A stretch of 64,000 nucleotides of DNA from Chthoniobacterales bacterium (GCA_038240025.1 JBBSED010000005.1:95134-159133), one strand, 5' to 3'. Counted from the stretch's first letter, positions 32,405-41,920 are shown. Notes: generated from the sequence alone by a model not told the origin. Program-made: numbers and translations.

Positions 32405-32575
32405 ATGGCTACAGCTAAGAAAACGAGCAAAACCGGCGCGAGCAAAAAGCCCAGCGTCAAAATGAGCGACCTCAAACCGTCGAAAGACGCCAAGGGCGGC
32501 GTCGCCACGAAACGTCCCGCGAGCAATCGCGGGACCCGATCGGTGGACGGCCGCGTTGGACGTCAGATCAACTGA
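32405..32575 (+). CDS. Small peptide P3 (56 aa): leader MATAKKTSKTGASKKPSVKMSDLKPSKDAKGG
   Basis: In-frame C-terminal part of track ORF 32018..32575; shares the DLKPxKDAKGG|V motif. Confidence 0.5.
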   Translation: MATAKKTSKTGASKKPSVKMSDLKPSKDAKGGVATKRPASNRGTRSVDGRVGRQIN

Positions 32576-32601
32576 TCGTCGCCAAAATCCTCCGAAGGAG
32601 A

Positions 32602-32643
32602 CGGCCGCCGCGGTTTACCGTTGGCGGCCGGTTCTTTCTCTTC
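32602..32643 (+). terminator. Rho-independent terminator after P3
   Basis: CGGCCGCC-13 nt loop-GGCGGCCG followed by GTTCTTTCTCTTC. Confidence 0.5.
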
Positions 32644-33333
32644 GGCCGTAGTTGTGGGCGGTGGCGATGGCCCCCCTTACAACCCCGCAGGATGGCGCAC
32701 TTCGAAACCGCGCGGGGGCGCGATTCGCCGGATGCCACCGCGGCGCATCGCGATCGCTGCGATCATTCCGCGCGTAGACCTTGATCCATTTTCCTCGGCC
32801 GTGCTTTCCGTAATGCAGCAGGTCGCTTGAGCTCATCGGAACCTGAAGCAAGCCCGCGCCCGCCAGCGCATAGGAAACCGGACCGGAACAATCGTAGCGC
32901 CGTCGTTAAATGAACCATGGCCGCCGCCCCATCGATACGGCCGTTTGCGCAATTGCTTGCCCGCCCAGATCGCTCGCTTCACCCCCAGCGGCGCTTTTTC
33001 CGGCGCGCAAGCGACGCCGTGGCGGAGTTGCGCGGTGTTACCAGGGACCGTCGGGCCGCGCAGAGAAAACGATTCCGCCGACAAAGATTGCGACGCTCCT
33101 AAGAAGATAAAAAATGGAAAAGACCCCGCCGCGCCGCCAGAATTCCATGCCTCTATCCAAGCGGTTGGCGTGCCAGGCGGGATTCTGGCGCACACCGAAG
33201 TTCGGCGCATCGACGCAATCGCTTTTCCGCGCAACAGTTTCCCTGTGCTGGAGATGAAAAAAGAACAAATCGTCGAGGTTCTCGAGACGATTGCGACTTT
33301 GCTCGAGCTGCAAGCGGAGGAGAATCCGTTCAA
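32615..33333 (-). pseudogene. Second NlpC/P60-like copy, frameshifted and internally deleted
   Basis: Two ORFs in different frames; the DCSG and His regions are lost relative to 30792..31316. Confidence 0.55.
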
Positions 33334-35020
33334 AATTCGCGCTTACACCAACGCTGCGCGTTCGATCGAAACCTGGGGCGGCAACCTGCGCGAGCTCGCC
33401 GCGGAGGATCGGCTCCAGGAGATCCCCGGCGTCGGCAAAGCGATCGCCGGCAAAATCAGCGAGCTGGTGCTGACCGGCTCCTTGAAGTTTTACGACGAAC
33501 TGCGCGCGCAGTTTCCCGAGAAAATTCTCGAGCTTTTTTCTCTCCCGGGATTGGGCGCGAAAAAAATCAAGGCGCTCTACGAGAAGTTAGCGGTGAACTC
33601 GATCGCCGATCTGGCACGCGCCTGCACCGAAGGCCGGGTCGCGGAGCTGCCCGGGTTCGGCAAGGCGACGCAGGAAAAATTCGCTAAGACCATCGCGGAT
33701 CGCGCCCGTCATGCGGGGAGTTTTTCGATCGGGGCAGTCGCGGGCGCGGCCGAGCAGTTGCAGCGCGATCTGCGCCAACACCCGGACGCCCTCCTGGTCA
33801 GCACCGCGGGAAGTTATCGGCGTCGCAAGGAAATCGTGCGCGATCTCGATTTCATCGTCGCGACGAAAGAGCCGGCGGCGGTCACAGAATTTTTCGTTAG
33901 GCATGCGCTCGTCGAGAGCGTAATCGCGCGCGGCTCGACGAAGACGAGCGTGCGCTTGCACTCGGGCATTCAGGCTGATCTGCGCGTCGTCAGCAACGCC
34001 GAATATCCTTTCGCGCTGGGCTATTTTACCGGGAGCAAAGAGCACAATATCGTGTTGCGGAACCGGGCCCTGCAGCGCGGTTGGACGCTCAACGAATACC
34101 GGCTCGCGCCCGCCGAGGGAGGACCGACGCAGAAGAAGAAGCGCCCCGCAGAGAAGATCCCGCTGGTCGGAGACGAGGCGGATTTGTATCGCGCGCTGGG
34201 ACTCGACTTCGTTCCGCCGGAGCTGCGCGAAAACTGTGGCGAAATCGAAGCCGCCGCGGAGGGCCGTTTGCCGCGGCTGCTCGAGCCGGAGAATTTGCGG
34301 GGCACTTTTCATTGCCACACGAGCGCGAGCGATGGCCGGAATTCGCTCGAGGAAATGGCCGCGGCCGCGCAGGAGCTAGGCCTGCAATATCTGGGCATCG
34401 CGGATCACAGCCGCAGCTCGATCCAGGCGGGCGGACTTGATCGGACGCGCCTCCGGGCGCAAGTCGCAGCCATTCGAGAATTGAACAAGTCGTTTGACGG
34501 CTTCCGGCTTTTCGCTGGCGTCGAGTGCGACATTCTGCGCGACGGCTCGCTCGACTTCGACGACGAAACCTTAGCCGGCCTCGACTACGTGGTGGCCTCG
34601 ATCCATTCCGCGTTTCAGTTGCCGGAAGCTGAGATGACCGAGCGGATCATCCGCGCCATCCAAAATCCGCACGTCACCTTTCTCGCGCATCCGACCGGTC
34701 GGCTGCTCCTGCGGCGCGAAGCCTACGCGATCGACATTCCCGCCATCCTCGACGCGGCGGCCGCGACTGGGACGTGGATCGAAATCAACGCCGCGCCGAA
34801 GCGGCTCGATCTCGACTGGCGCTGGTGGCCGTTGGCGAAGGAGAAGGGAGTAAAATGCGTGATCAATCCCGACGCGCACGGGGTGGAGAAATTGCCGGAG
34901 CTTTGGTTCGGGGTCGGTGTCGCGCGCAAAGGCTGGCTCACCAAAAGCGACGTGATGAATTGCCTCCCGTTAGGCAAGATCGAGGTGGCGCTAGAGAAAA
35001 AGCGGCAGGCCAGCGGCTAA
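33254..35020 (+). CDS. polX: DNA polymerase X family protein with C-terminal PHP domain
   Basis: Helix-hairpin-helix and Pol-beta-like palm, then PHP motifs HCHTSASDG ... DHS. Confidence 0.75.
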   Translation: MKKEQIVEVLETIATLLELQAEENPFKIRAYTNAARSIETWGGNLRELAAEDRLQEIPGVGKAIAGKISELVLTGSLKFYDELRAQFPEKILELFSLPGLGAKKIKALYEKLAVNSIADLARACTEGRVAELPGFGKATQEKFAKTIADRARHAGSFSIGAVAGAAEQLQRDLRQHPDALLVSTAGSYRRRKEIVRDLDFIVATKEPAAVTEFFVRHALVESVIARGSTKTSVRLHSGIQADLRVVSNAEYPFALGYFTGSKEHNIVLRNRALQRGWTLNEYRLAPAEGGPTQKKKRPAEKIPLVGDEADLYRALGLDFVPPELRENCGEIEAAAEGRLPRLLEPENLRGTFHCHTSASDGRNSLEEMAAAAQELGLQYLGIADHSRSSIQAGGLDRTRLRAQVAAIRELNKSFDGFRLFAGVECDILRDGSLDFDDETLAGLDYVVASIHSAFQLPEAEMTERIIRAIQNPHVTFLAHPTGRLLLRREAYAIDIPAILDAAAATGTWIEINAAPKRLDLDWRWWPLAKEKGVKCVINPDAHGVEKLPELWFGVGVARKGWLTKSDVMNCLPLGKIEVALEKKRQASG

Positions 35021-35823
35021 ACGGATTCGCGCTGCGGCAGGAACATCGTCAGGCACTTGCAGGCGCCGCCCGCTTTCAGGAATTCCGTCATTGGGAGCGC
35101 GTGGCAGTTGTAGCCACGTTCGCCTAACGACTTCATCAGTTTCGGCGCGCCCTGCGGGAGGACGATCTCTTTTTCCAGCACAACCGCGTTACAGGAAAAA
35201 TGGGCCGCTTCCTCTTCCTCGACGTCAATCAGGTTAGGCACGTGATCGCGGATCGTCCGCTGCCCGTATTCATCGAACGCGGCCGGGAACCAGACCGCGC
35301 CGCCGTCGGTCAGCGGACAGAAGCAGGTGTCGATATGGTAAAAGCGCGGATCGACCAGCTCGACCGAGATGACGAGACAGTTGAAAATCTCGCCGACGGA
35401 CCGGTGCGCACTCACATCGGTGCGGAATTTGTAGCCACAAAAAAGCGCGTCGCCCGCGAAGAGGGCATCTCCTTCGCCTTCGAAATACTGGTCCTCCGGC
35501 AGCCAGATGATCTCGTAGCCGTGTTCTTCCATCCATTTCGCGAAGAGGGGCGCTTCGCCGGCGCGCTCGGGATGGCGGAAATTGCTCGGGATAAACCGAT
35601 TCCCGACCGCGAGGCCGGCGTTGGCGGTGAAAACCATGTCGGGCAGGCGCGGCACGCCGGGCACGAGATGGACGTCGCAGCCTAACGACTTCAATTTATC
35701 GTGCAGCCCGCGCCATTGCGCCTGCACCACCGGCTTATCGGCGGCGCGGTCGCGGCTCATCCAGGGATTGATCTCGTATTCGATGCCGTAGTGGTCCGGC
35801 GCGCAGAGGAGGAGTTTTCGCAT
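35017..35823 (-). CDS. Amidinotransferase/DDAH-superfamily hydrolase (arginine dihydrolase N-domain-like)
   Basis: LLLCAPDHYGIEYEINPWM... and C-terminal catalytic Cys (GGACKCLT). Confidence 0.55.
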   Translation of the reverse strand: MRKLLLCAPDHYGIEYEINPWMSRDRAADKPVVQAQWRGLHDKLKSLGCDVHLVPGVPRLPDMVFTANAGLAVGNRFIPSNFRHPERAGEAPLFAKWMEEHGYEIIWLPEDQYFEGEGDALFAGDALFCGYKFRTDVSAHRSVGEIFNCLVISVELVDPRFYHIDTCFCPLTDGGAVWFPAAFDEYGQRTIRDHVPNLIDVEEEEAAHFSCNAVVLEKEIVLPQGAPKLMKSLGERGYNCHALPMTEFLKAGGACKCLTMFLPQRESV

Positions 35824-35837
35824 GGTAAATTTTCCGC

Positions 35838-37061
35838 CTAACGAAGCGCCTCGATGCAGTCGGTGAGCTCGCGCAGGAAGGGCTCGATGTCGGTGACGAG
35901 GCCGATCGCCTGGAAGGTTCCGCGATCGGCCAGCTTCGTCACCACGCCCGGGTTGATATCGACGCAGATCGTTTTCACGCTCGCCGGCAGGAGGTTTCCG
36001 ACGGCGATCGAATGCAGCATCGTGCCCATCATCATCGCGATCGTGACCCCCTCGAGTTTCGCGCGCATCGCCCGCTGGGCCTCGAGCGCATCGGTGATCA
36101 CGTCCGGCAGCGGCCCATCGTCGCGGATGGAGCCGGCGAGGACAAAGTCGACGCCGTTCTTCACGCAGGAATACATGATCCCGCTCTTGAGCAGCCCGTT
36201 TTTCACCGCGGGCCGGATGCCGCCGACATTGCGAATCGCGTTGATCGCGCGCATGTGATTTTCGTGGCCGGACTCGGCCAGCGAACCCTTCTCCAGGAAG
36301 ACGCCTAACGACGTCCCGAAAAGCGCGTTCTCGATGTCGTGCGCGGCGAGCGCGTTGCCGGCGAAGAGCAGGTTCACATAGCCCCAGTCGATCAGTTTCT
36401 CGAAATGCTCCGCCGCGCCGGTATGGACGATCGCGGGGCCGCCAACGACGAGGATTTTGCCCTTCTCCTGCCGGGCGCGATGAAATTCCTGCGCCATCCC
36501 GCGGATCACGGCCGTCTTCGGCTTCTCGATCGAGACGTTGCTCGCCATGAACTCAAACGCGTCGGTGCGGGAAGTGGAACGTTGGAGCGGGATCACTCGG
36601 ATGCCCTGGTGGCCGACGACTACTTCCTGGCCTTTTTTTACACCGTAAAATTTCGTCGAGGTCGCGGTCTTCGCGGCCCGGTCGATCACGATCGCGCTGT
36701 CCATCAGCGCGGGCTGCACCTCGACTTCGCCGTCGTCGATACGGGCGAAAGTCTGCTGATTCGTGGTCACGTAAAAGTGCTCAGGAAAGACTCCGTCGGC
36801 GGGCGCCGCCGCCAGTTGGACGCTTTTCTTTTCCAGGACCTCCGCGCCGTGCTGGCGCAGCCGGAGGATCAGATCGTCGAGCTCGTCGGCCGAGGGACCG
36901 GTGACCTCGATGCGCGCAAAGCTCTGGTCGGCACGGGCTTCGCCGATGCGGATCTCGCCGATCTTGAAGGTGCCGCCGTGGGTGATGATCTCGTCGAGAA
37001 CCTTCGGCAGAATCAGGGAATCAATAATGTGGCCGCGCAGCTCGATCGTCTCGGAAAGCAT
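35838..37061 (-). CDS. LOR/SDH-like (TIGR00300 family) protein, ornithine cyclodeaminase-like domain as in AgrE/ArgZ C-termini
   Basis: Family-typical N-terminus MLSETIELRGHIIDSLILPKVLDEI; start taken at that internal Met; stop TAG lies inside the motif. Confidence 0.5.
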   Translation of the reverse strand: MLSETIELRGHIIDSLILPKVLDEIITHGGTFKIGEIRIGEARADQSFARIEVTGPSADELDDLILRLRQHGAEVLEKKSVQLAAAPADGVFPEHFYVTTNQQTFARIDDGEVEVQPALMDSAIVIDRAAKTATSTKFYGVKKGQEVVVGHQGIRVIPLQRSTSRTDAFEFMASNVSIEKPKTAVIRGMAQEFHRARQEKGKILVVGGPAIVHTGAAEHFEKLIDWGYVNLLFAGNALAAHDIENALFGTSLGVFLEKGSLAESGHENHMRAINAIRNVGGIRPAVKNGLLKSGIMYSCVKNGVDFVLAGSIRDDGPLPDVITDALEAQRAMRAKLEGVTIAMMMGTMLHSIAVGNLLPASVKTICVDINPGVVTKLADRGTFQAIGLVTDIEPFLRELTDCIEALR

Positions 37062-37188
37062 CGCCGAACTTAGCCGGGGACGGCGTGCGCGCCAGTCAGC
37101 AAGCCCGCCGCGAGGGTCGGCGGGGAATCCACTTGTCGGTTCGGCGCGGTAGGTTATTAATGCTGCGCGCTTGCCCAGGCGATTGTCC

Positions 37189-38025
37189 ATGAACGAAATC
37201 GAGACCAACCATCAGACGGCTGAGAGCGCGGGAGCCGGCTATCAAATTTCCGCGGAGCCGGTCGTGCCAACCCGGCGCGTGTCGGGAGAAAAAGAAGAGC
37301 CTGCCGGCATCCAGGCGGAGGCGGGACGAGCGTTGGCGGGTTCCTTGGCCGTCCTGGCGCGGGATCCGAAGACACTTTTTGTCTACTGGGACTTGAAGGT
37401 CTCGCAGCACCTGACCGCCGCAGACCTAGAGCAGGGGAGAATCCTCCTGCGCGTCCTGCGCGCCGACGGGACGGAGGAGACGACTTTCGCGATCGATCCG
37501 CTGCTCGGTTACGCGTTCGCCGAAGTGGGTTCGCCCGGGGCGGGCTACACTTGCGAGTTCGGTTATCTCGAGGGTTCGAGCTGGCGGGGATTGGTGGAAT
37601 CAAACGCGACCGAGACCCCGCCCGGCGCGATCTCAGAAAACGAGGACGCGGACTTCGCGACGCTGCCCTTTCATCTCAGCTTTCAACGTTTGATCGATAT
37701 CTTCCGAGCCTCCTCGAACAGCCGGAAAACGCTCACCGAGTCGATCGCCACCATGCAAGGCAAAGCGCGGGAACTGCGCGCGGCGATGTCCCCGGACGAG
37801 TGGTCGCGCCTGGTCGAGACGGCGGCTTCGTCGGTCGAAGCGGAAACCGGCCTCGGGCTTACAGGCGTGCAGCCGAAAGAGTTGGCCGCGCTCCTGCAGA
37901 CGGTCAAGGAAGACGTGCGGCGACAACTTCCATCGCCCGAAACGCGCAGGCGCTGGCAGCATGTCGGGGAAAGCTTTGGCGGCTCGAGCGGTGGAGCGAG
38001 CTGGGGCGGCGAGAGCTCGCTGTAG
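37189..38025 (+). CDS. Hypothetical protein (DUF4912-like; motif DPKTLFVYWDL)
   Basis: ORF with low-complexity Gly/Ser tail. Confidence 0.3.
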   Translation: MNEIETNHQTAESAGAGYQISAEPVVPTRRVSGEKEEPAGIQAEAGRALAGSLAVLARDPKTLFVYWDLKVSQHLTAADLEQGRILLRVLRADGTEETTFAIDPLLGYAFAEVGSPGAGYTCEFGYLEGSSWRGLVESNATETPPGAISENEDADFATLPFHLSFQRLIDIFRASSNSRKTLTESIATMQGKARELRAAMSPDEWSRLVETAASSVEAETGLGLTGVQPKELAALLQTVKEDVRRQLPSPETRRRWQHVGESFGGSSGGASWGGESSL

Positions 38026-38048
38026 CGCTTTCGCGGCGCCAAGCGCGG

Positions 38049-38756
38049 CTACCCGCCGAGATAAGCGTTCTTCACCTTCTCGTTCACTCGCAATGCCGCC
38101 GAACGATCGTGCAGAATAATCCGGCCGGTCTCGAGCACGTAGCCGTAATGCGAAACTTCGAGCGCGAGATTCGCGTTCTGTTCCACCAGCAGGACGGTGA
38201 TGCCTAACGATTGGTTGATCTCGCGGATCTTCTCGAAAATCGTCTTCACCAACAGCGGTGCGATCCCTAACGAAGGCTCGTCGAGCATGAGGCAGCGCGG
38301 CTTGCTCATGAGCGCGCGGCCGATTGCGAGCATCTGCTGTTCGCCGCCGGAGAGCGTCCCCGCGACCTGCTTGGCACGCTCTTTCAACCGCGGGAACATT
38401 CCGAAGATGTAGTCGAATTCGTTTTTCAACTTCGAGCGGTCTTTCCGGAGGTAGGCGCCCATGAGCAGGTTCTCGTGCACGCTCAGGTTGGCGAAAATCA
38501 TCCGCCCTTCCGGCACATGCGAGAGTCCGCGCGCGACGATCTTGTGGGCGGCTTCGCCGGCAATCTCCTGGCCGTCATAAAGGATGCTCCCCTGCGTCGG
38601 TTTCAAGAGACCGGAGATGGTCCGGAGCGTGGTCGATTTCCCCGCGCCATTCGCGCCGATCAGGGTGACGATCGAGCCCTGCTCGACCCGCAACGAAACG
38701 TCGTGCAGCGCGACGATCGAACCGTAATTCACGGTCACGTTTTTCAGCTCAAGCAT
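38049..38756 (-). CDS. livF: Branched-chain amino acid ABC transporter ATP-binding protein
   Basis: Walker A GANGAGKST; LivF-length ATPase. Confidence 0.8.
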   Translation of the reverse strand: MLELKNVTVNYGSIVALHDVSLRVEQGSIVTLIGANGAGKSTTLRTISGLLKPTQGSILYDGQEIAGEAAHKIVARGLSHVPEGRMIFANLSVHENLLMGAYLRKDRSKLKNEFDYIFGMFPRLKERAKQVAGTLSGGEQQMLAIGRALMSKPRCLMLDEPSLGIAPLLVKTIFEKIREINQSLGITVLLVEQNANLALEVSHYGYVLETGRIILHDRSAALRVNEKVKNAYLGG

Positions 38757-38788
38757 GGCACCAGATCACTTTTATCCTGCACTTACAC

Positions 38789-39190
38789 CTACACCTGCAC
38801 TTCCCCGATTCCGTCGGGATCCTCATAAACGCGATTAGGCGCGATCGCCTTGGTCAACCCGACCAGCATCGAGACCACGCTCACCAGCAGTCCTTTCGCC
38901 TCCGCCACCGCGCTTGGCGTCAGCAACTTCTTCACCACCAATACATCCAAACACGCCGCACACTCCAATGCCGAGCCGCGCGCAATGTCGTAGAAGCGGC
39001 AGCGATCGGGCATCGTCCATTTGCCTGTTCCCTCGGCAATGTTGAGGGGAATCGCGGTGGACGCGCGGTCGAGTTGGTTGTGGGCGGCGAGTGCTTTGGG
39101 AATTCGTTCCAGTAGGTCCGTGGCGAGGGCTACGAACTGGAGGGATAGCTGGTAGACTTTCAGCTTTTCGTGATCGAATTGGGCGGGCAT
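38789..39190 (-). CDS. Four-helix-bundle protein (TIGR02436; 23S rRNA intervening-sequence protein family), inserted between livG and livF
   Basis: Family-typical helical protein; flanked by imperfect inverted repeats of ACACCTAC/ACACTTAC units (38775-38804 and 39191-39215). Confidence 0.6.
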   Translation of the reverse strand: MPAQFDHEKLKVYQLSLQFVALATDLLERIPKALAAHNQLDRASTAIPLNIAEGTGKWTMPDRCRFYDIARGSALECAACLDVLVVKKLLTPSAVAEAKGLLVSVVSMLVGLTKAIAPNRVYEDPDGIGEVQV

Positions 39191-39215
39191 CGGAGGTGTA
39201 AGTGTAGGTGTAGGA

Positions 39216-39992
39216 TTAAAGTGAGGGAGTTTCCTCGCCGAGATACGCTTCGATCACCTTCGGGTTCGCGCGGATTTCGGCGGGCGAGCCCTCCGCGATT
39301 TTTACTCCGTAATCGAGCACGGCGATCCGCTGGCAGATCCCCATCACCACCTTCATATCGTGCTCCACCAGCAACACCGCGATGTTGAACTTCTCCTTCA
39401 CGAACTGGATCAGCTTCATCAGGTCGTCTTTCTCGCGCGGGTTCATTCCGGCCGCGGGCTCGTCGAGCAGAAGCAGCTTCGGTCGCGTGGCCAACGCCCG
39501 CACGATCTCGAGCCGGCGCTGGTCGCCATACGACAAGCTCTTGCAGGACGTGCTCCGCGCTTTTTCGAGTTGGAAGATAGAGAGAATTTCCAGGACCTGC
39601 TCGTCGATCTCGCGTTCTTCTTTCAGAAACGGTTTCCCCCGCCAGAGCGCGTGCGCGATGCCGTGGCGCAGATGCATCGTAAAGGCGGCGCGGACGTTGT
39701 CGTAAACCGTGAGCGAGGGGAAGAGCCGGATGTTTTGAAAAGTCCGCGCAATCCCGCGCGCGGCAATGGCATTGGCTTTGCGGCCGACGATCGACTCGCC
39801 GGCGAGAGTGATCGCCCCCGAGGTCGGGGTGTAGATGCCGGTGATGATGTTGAAAACGGTCGTCTTTCCCGCGCCGTTCGGGCCGATCAGGCCGACGAGG
39901 TCGTTCGGCCCGATCGCGAGCGAGAGCGCGTTAACGGCGGTGAGGCCGCCGAACTGCACCGTGCATTCCCGCAGATCAAGCAGCGCTGCCAT
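39216..39992 (-). CDS. livG: Branched-chain amino acid ABC transporter ATP-binding protein
   Basis: Walker A GPNGAGKTT and LivG-type C-terminal extension. Confidence 0.8.
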   Translation of the reverse strand: MAALLDLRECTVQFGGLTAVNALSLAIGPNDLVGLIGPNGAGKTTVFNIITGIYTPTSGAITLAGESIVGRKANAIAARGIARTFQNIRLFPSLTVYDNVRAAFTMHLRHGIAHALWRGKPFLKEEREIDEQVLEILSIFQLEKARSTSCKSLSYGDQRRLEIVRALATRPKLLLLDEPAAGMNPREKDDLMKLIQFVKEKFNIAVLLVEHDMKVVMGICQRIAVLDYGVKIAEGSPAEIRANPKVIEAYLGEETPSL

Positions 39993-40995
39993 CTTCCACC
40001 GGGGTTCGTTTTTTCCGCAGCCAACCGGGCCGCCGCCAGGCGATCCCGCCGAAGAGTCCCTGCGGCCGCGTCAGCATCAGGATGATGAGCATGAGCGAGT
40101 AAATCACCATCCGGTATTCCTGCACCGGCCGCAGCACTTCGGGCAAAATCGTGAGCAGGATTGCGGCGAAGATGACGCCCACGGTGTTTCCCATGCCGCC
40201 GAGGATCACCATGACGATGATCTCGATCGATTTCATGAACCCGAAACCTTCCGGCGTGAGATAACCAATGAAGTGCGCGTAGAGTCCGCCCGCGATCCCG
40301 GCGAAAAACGAGGCGAGGACGAAGGCGACGACCTTGTATTTCGTAGTGTTCACGCCGATCGCCTCAGCTGCGATCTCGTCGTCGCGCACGGTGAGAAAGC
40401 CGCGGCCATAAGCGGAGTTTACCAGGTTCACGACCACGTAAACCGTGATCGCCGCGACGGTGTAGGTCCAAAAAATCGTGGTGTAAATTCCCGAGACGGA
40501 GAAGCCGCGCGAGCCGCCCATCGTCTCGGTGTTCTGGATGATCACGCGAATGATTTCGCCGAAGCCGAGCGTGGCGATGGCGAGGTAATCGCCTTTGAGC
40601 CGGAGCGACGGAACGCCGACGATAAGACCGGCGAGGGCGGCGGCGAGACCACCGAGCGTGAGCGCGACGACAAAGAGCGTGGTGGTGGTGAACGGGTTGA
40701 CTCCGCCTAACGAAGCGAACCAACGCGCTCCGCCGAAGCTGGTCATGGCCGCGGCGGTATAGGCCCCGATCGCCATGAAGCCAGCGTGGCCCAGGGAGAA
40801 CTGGCCGGTGTAGCCGTTCACCAGGTTCAGGCTGACCGCGAGGATGATGTTGATCCCGATGTTGATGACCACAATCGAGAAGTAGGGATTGAGGTGGATG
40901 AATTGGGAGAAGAGCAGTGCCGCGATGATCGCCGCGATGAGCCAGAGCTTCGGATAGGTGGCGCCGGGCTTGCAGGATGGAGGCGTCGCGGGCAT
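39976..40995 (-). CDS. livM: Branched-chain amino acid ABC transporter permease
   Basis: LivM-type permease. Confidence 0.75.
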   Translation of the reverse strand: MPATPPSCKPGATYPKLWLIAAIIAALLFSQFIHLNPYFSIVVINIGINIILAVSLNLVNGYTGQFSLGHAGFMAIGAYTAAAMTSFGGARWFASLGGVNPFTTTTLFVVALTLGGLAAALAGLIVGVPSLRLKGDYLAIATLGFGEIIRVIIQNTETMGGSRGFSVSGIYTTIFWTYTVAAITVYVVVNLVNSAYGRGFLTVRDDEIAAEAIGVNTTKYKVVAFVLASFFAGIAGGLYAHFIGYLTPEGFGFMKSIEIIVMVILGGMGNTVGVIFAAILLTILPEVLRPVQEYRMVIYSLMLIILMLTRPQGLFGGIAWRRPGWLRKKRTPVEDGSAA

Positions 40996-40999
40996 CGGG

Positions 41000-41920
41000 C
41001 TAGACCTTCTCGACGGTGCCTTTACCTAACAATCCCGACGGCTTGAAAAGCAGGATCGCGATCAGAAGCACAAACGCGACCGCGTCGCGATAACTCGGCG
41101 GCACATGAATCTTATCGCCGTAACCGACGATCATGGTTTCGGCGACTCCGAGGATGAGTCCGCCTAAGGCCGCGCCGGGAATGTTGCCGATCCCGCCGAG
41201 GACCGCGGCGACGAACGCTTTGATCCCGGGCAGCAGACCCATGAGCGGGGTGATCACCGGGTAATTCAACGAAGACAAGATCCCCGCCGCCGCGGCCAGC
41301 GCCGAGCCGAGCCCGAAGGTGAAGGAGATGATGACGTTGTTGTTAATCCCCATCAGCGAACAGGCCATCGGGTTAAACGAAAGCGCGCGCATCGCCATAC
41401 CCATCTTGGTTTTGCGCACGATAAAAGTCAGCCCGACCAGAAGCACGATCGTGACGCCGAGAACGATCAGCCCCTTGTTCGTAAAACTAAGTCCCCCGTA
41501 GTTGATCATCCGATCCGGAATCAGCGCCGGGAACGGTTTCGGATCCGCGCCGAAGAAAACCTGGCCGGAGTATTCTAGGAAAAGCGAGACGCCGATTGCC
41601 GTGATCAAGACCGTGAGGCGCGGGCTGTTGCGCAACGGTCGATAAGCCAGGCGCTCGATCACCAACCCCGTGATCGCGCAGAAGATCATCGAGCCCAGGA
41701 GCACGACGACGAGTAGCAGCCAGCCCGCTGGCATCCCGAGGCTATTCGTGAGCCAGCGGCCCAGGTAATAGCCGCTGAACGCGCCGACCATGTAGACATC
41801 GCCATGGGCGAAGTTTATGAACCGGAGCACGCCATAAATCATGGTGTAGCCGAGCGCGATCAGCGCGTAGATCGAGCCTAACGAGAGCCCGTTGATGAGC
41901 TGCTGGATGAACTGGCTCAT
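41000..41920 (-). CDS. livH: Branched-chain amino acid ABC transporter permease
   Basis: LivH-type permease. Confidence 0.75.
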   Translation of the reverse strand: MSQFIQQLINGLSLGSIYALIALGYTMIYGVLRFINFAHGDVYMVGAFSGYYLGRWLTNSLGMPAGWLLLVVVLLGSMIFCAITGLVIERLAYRPLRNSPRLTVLITAIGVSLFLEYSGQVFFGADPKPFPALIPDRMINYGGLSFTNKGLIVLGVTIVLLVGLTFIVRKTKMGMAMRALSFNPMACSLMGINNNVIISFTFGLGSALAAAAGILSSLNYPVITPLMGLLPGIKAFVAAVLGGIGNIPGAALGGLILGVAETMIVGYGDKIHVPPSYRDAVAFVLLIAILLFKPSGLLGKGTVEKV

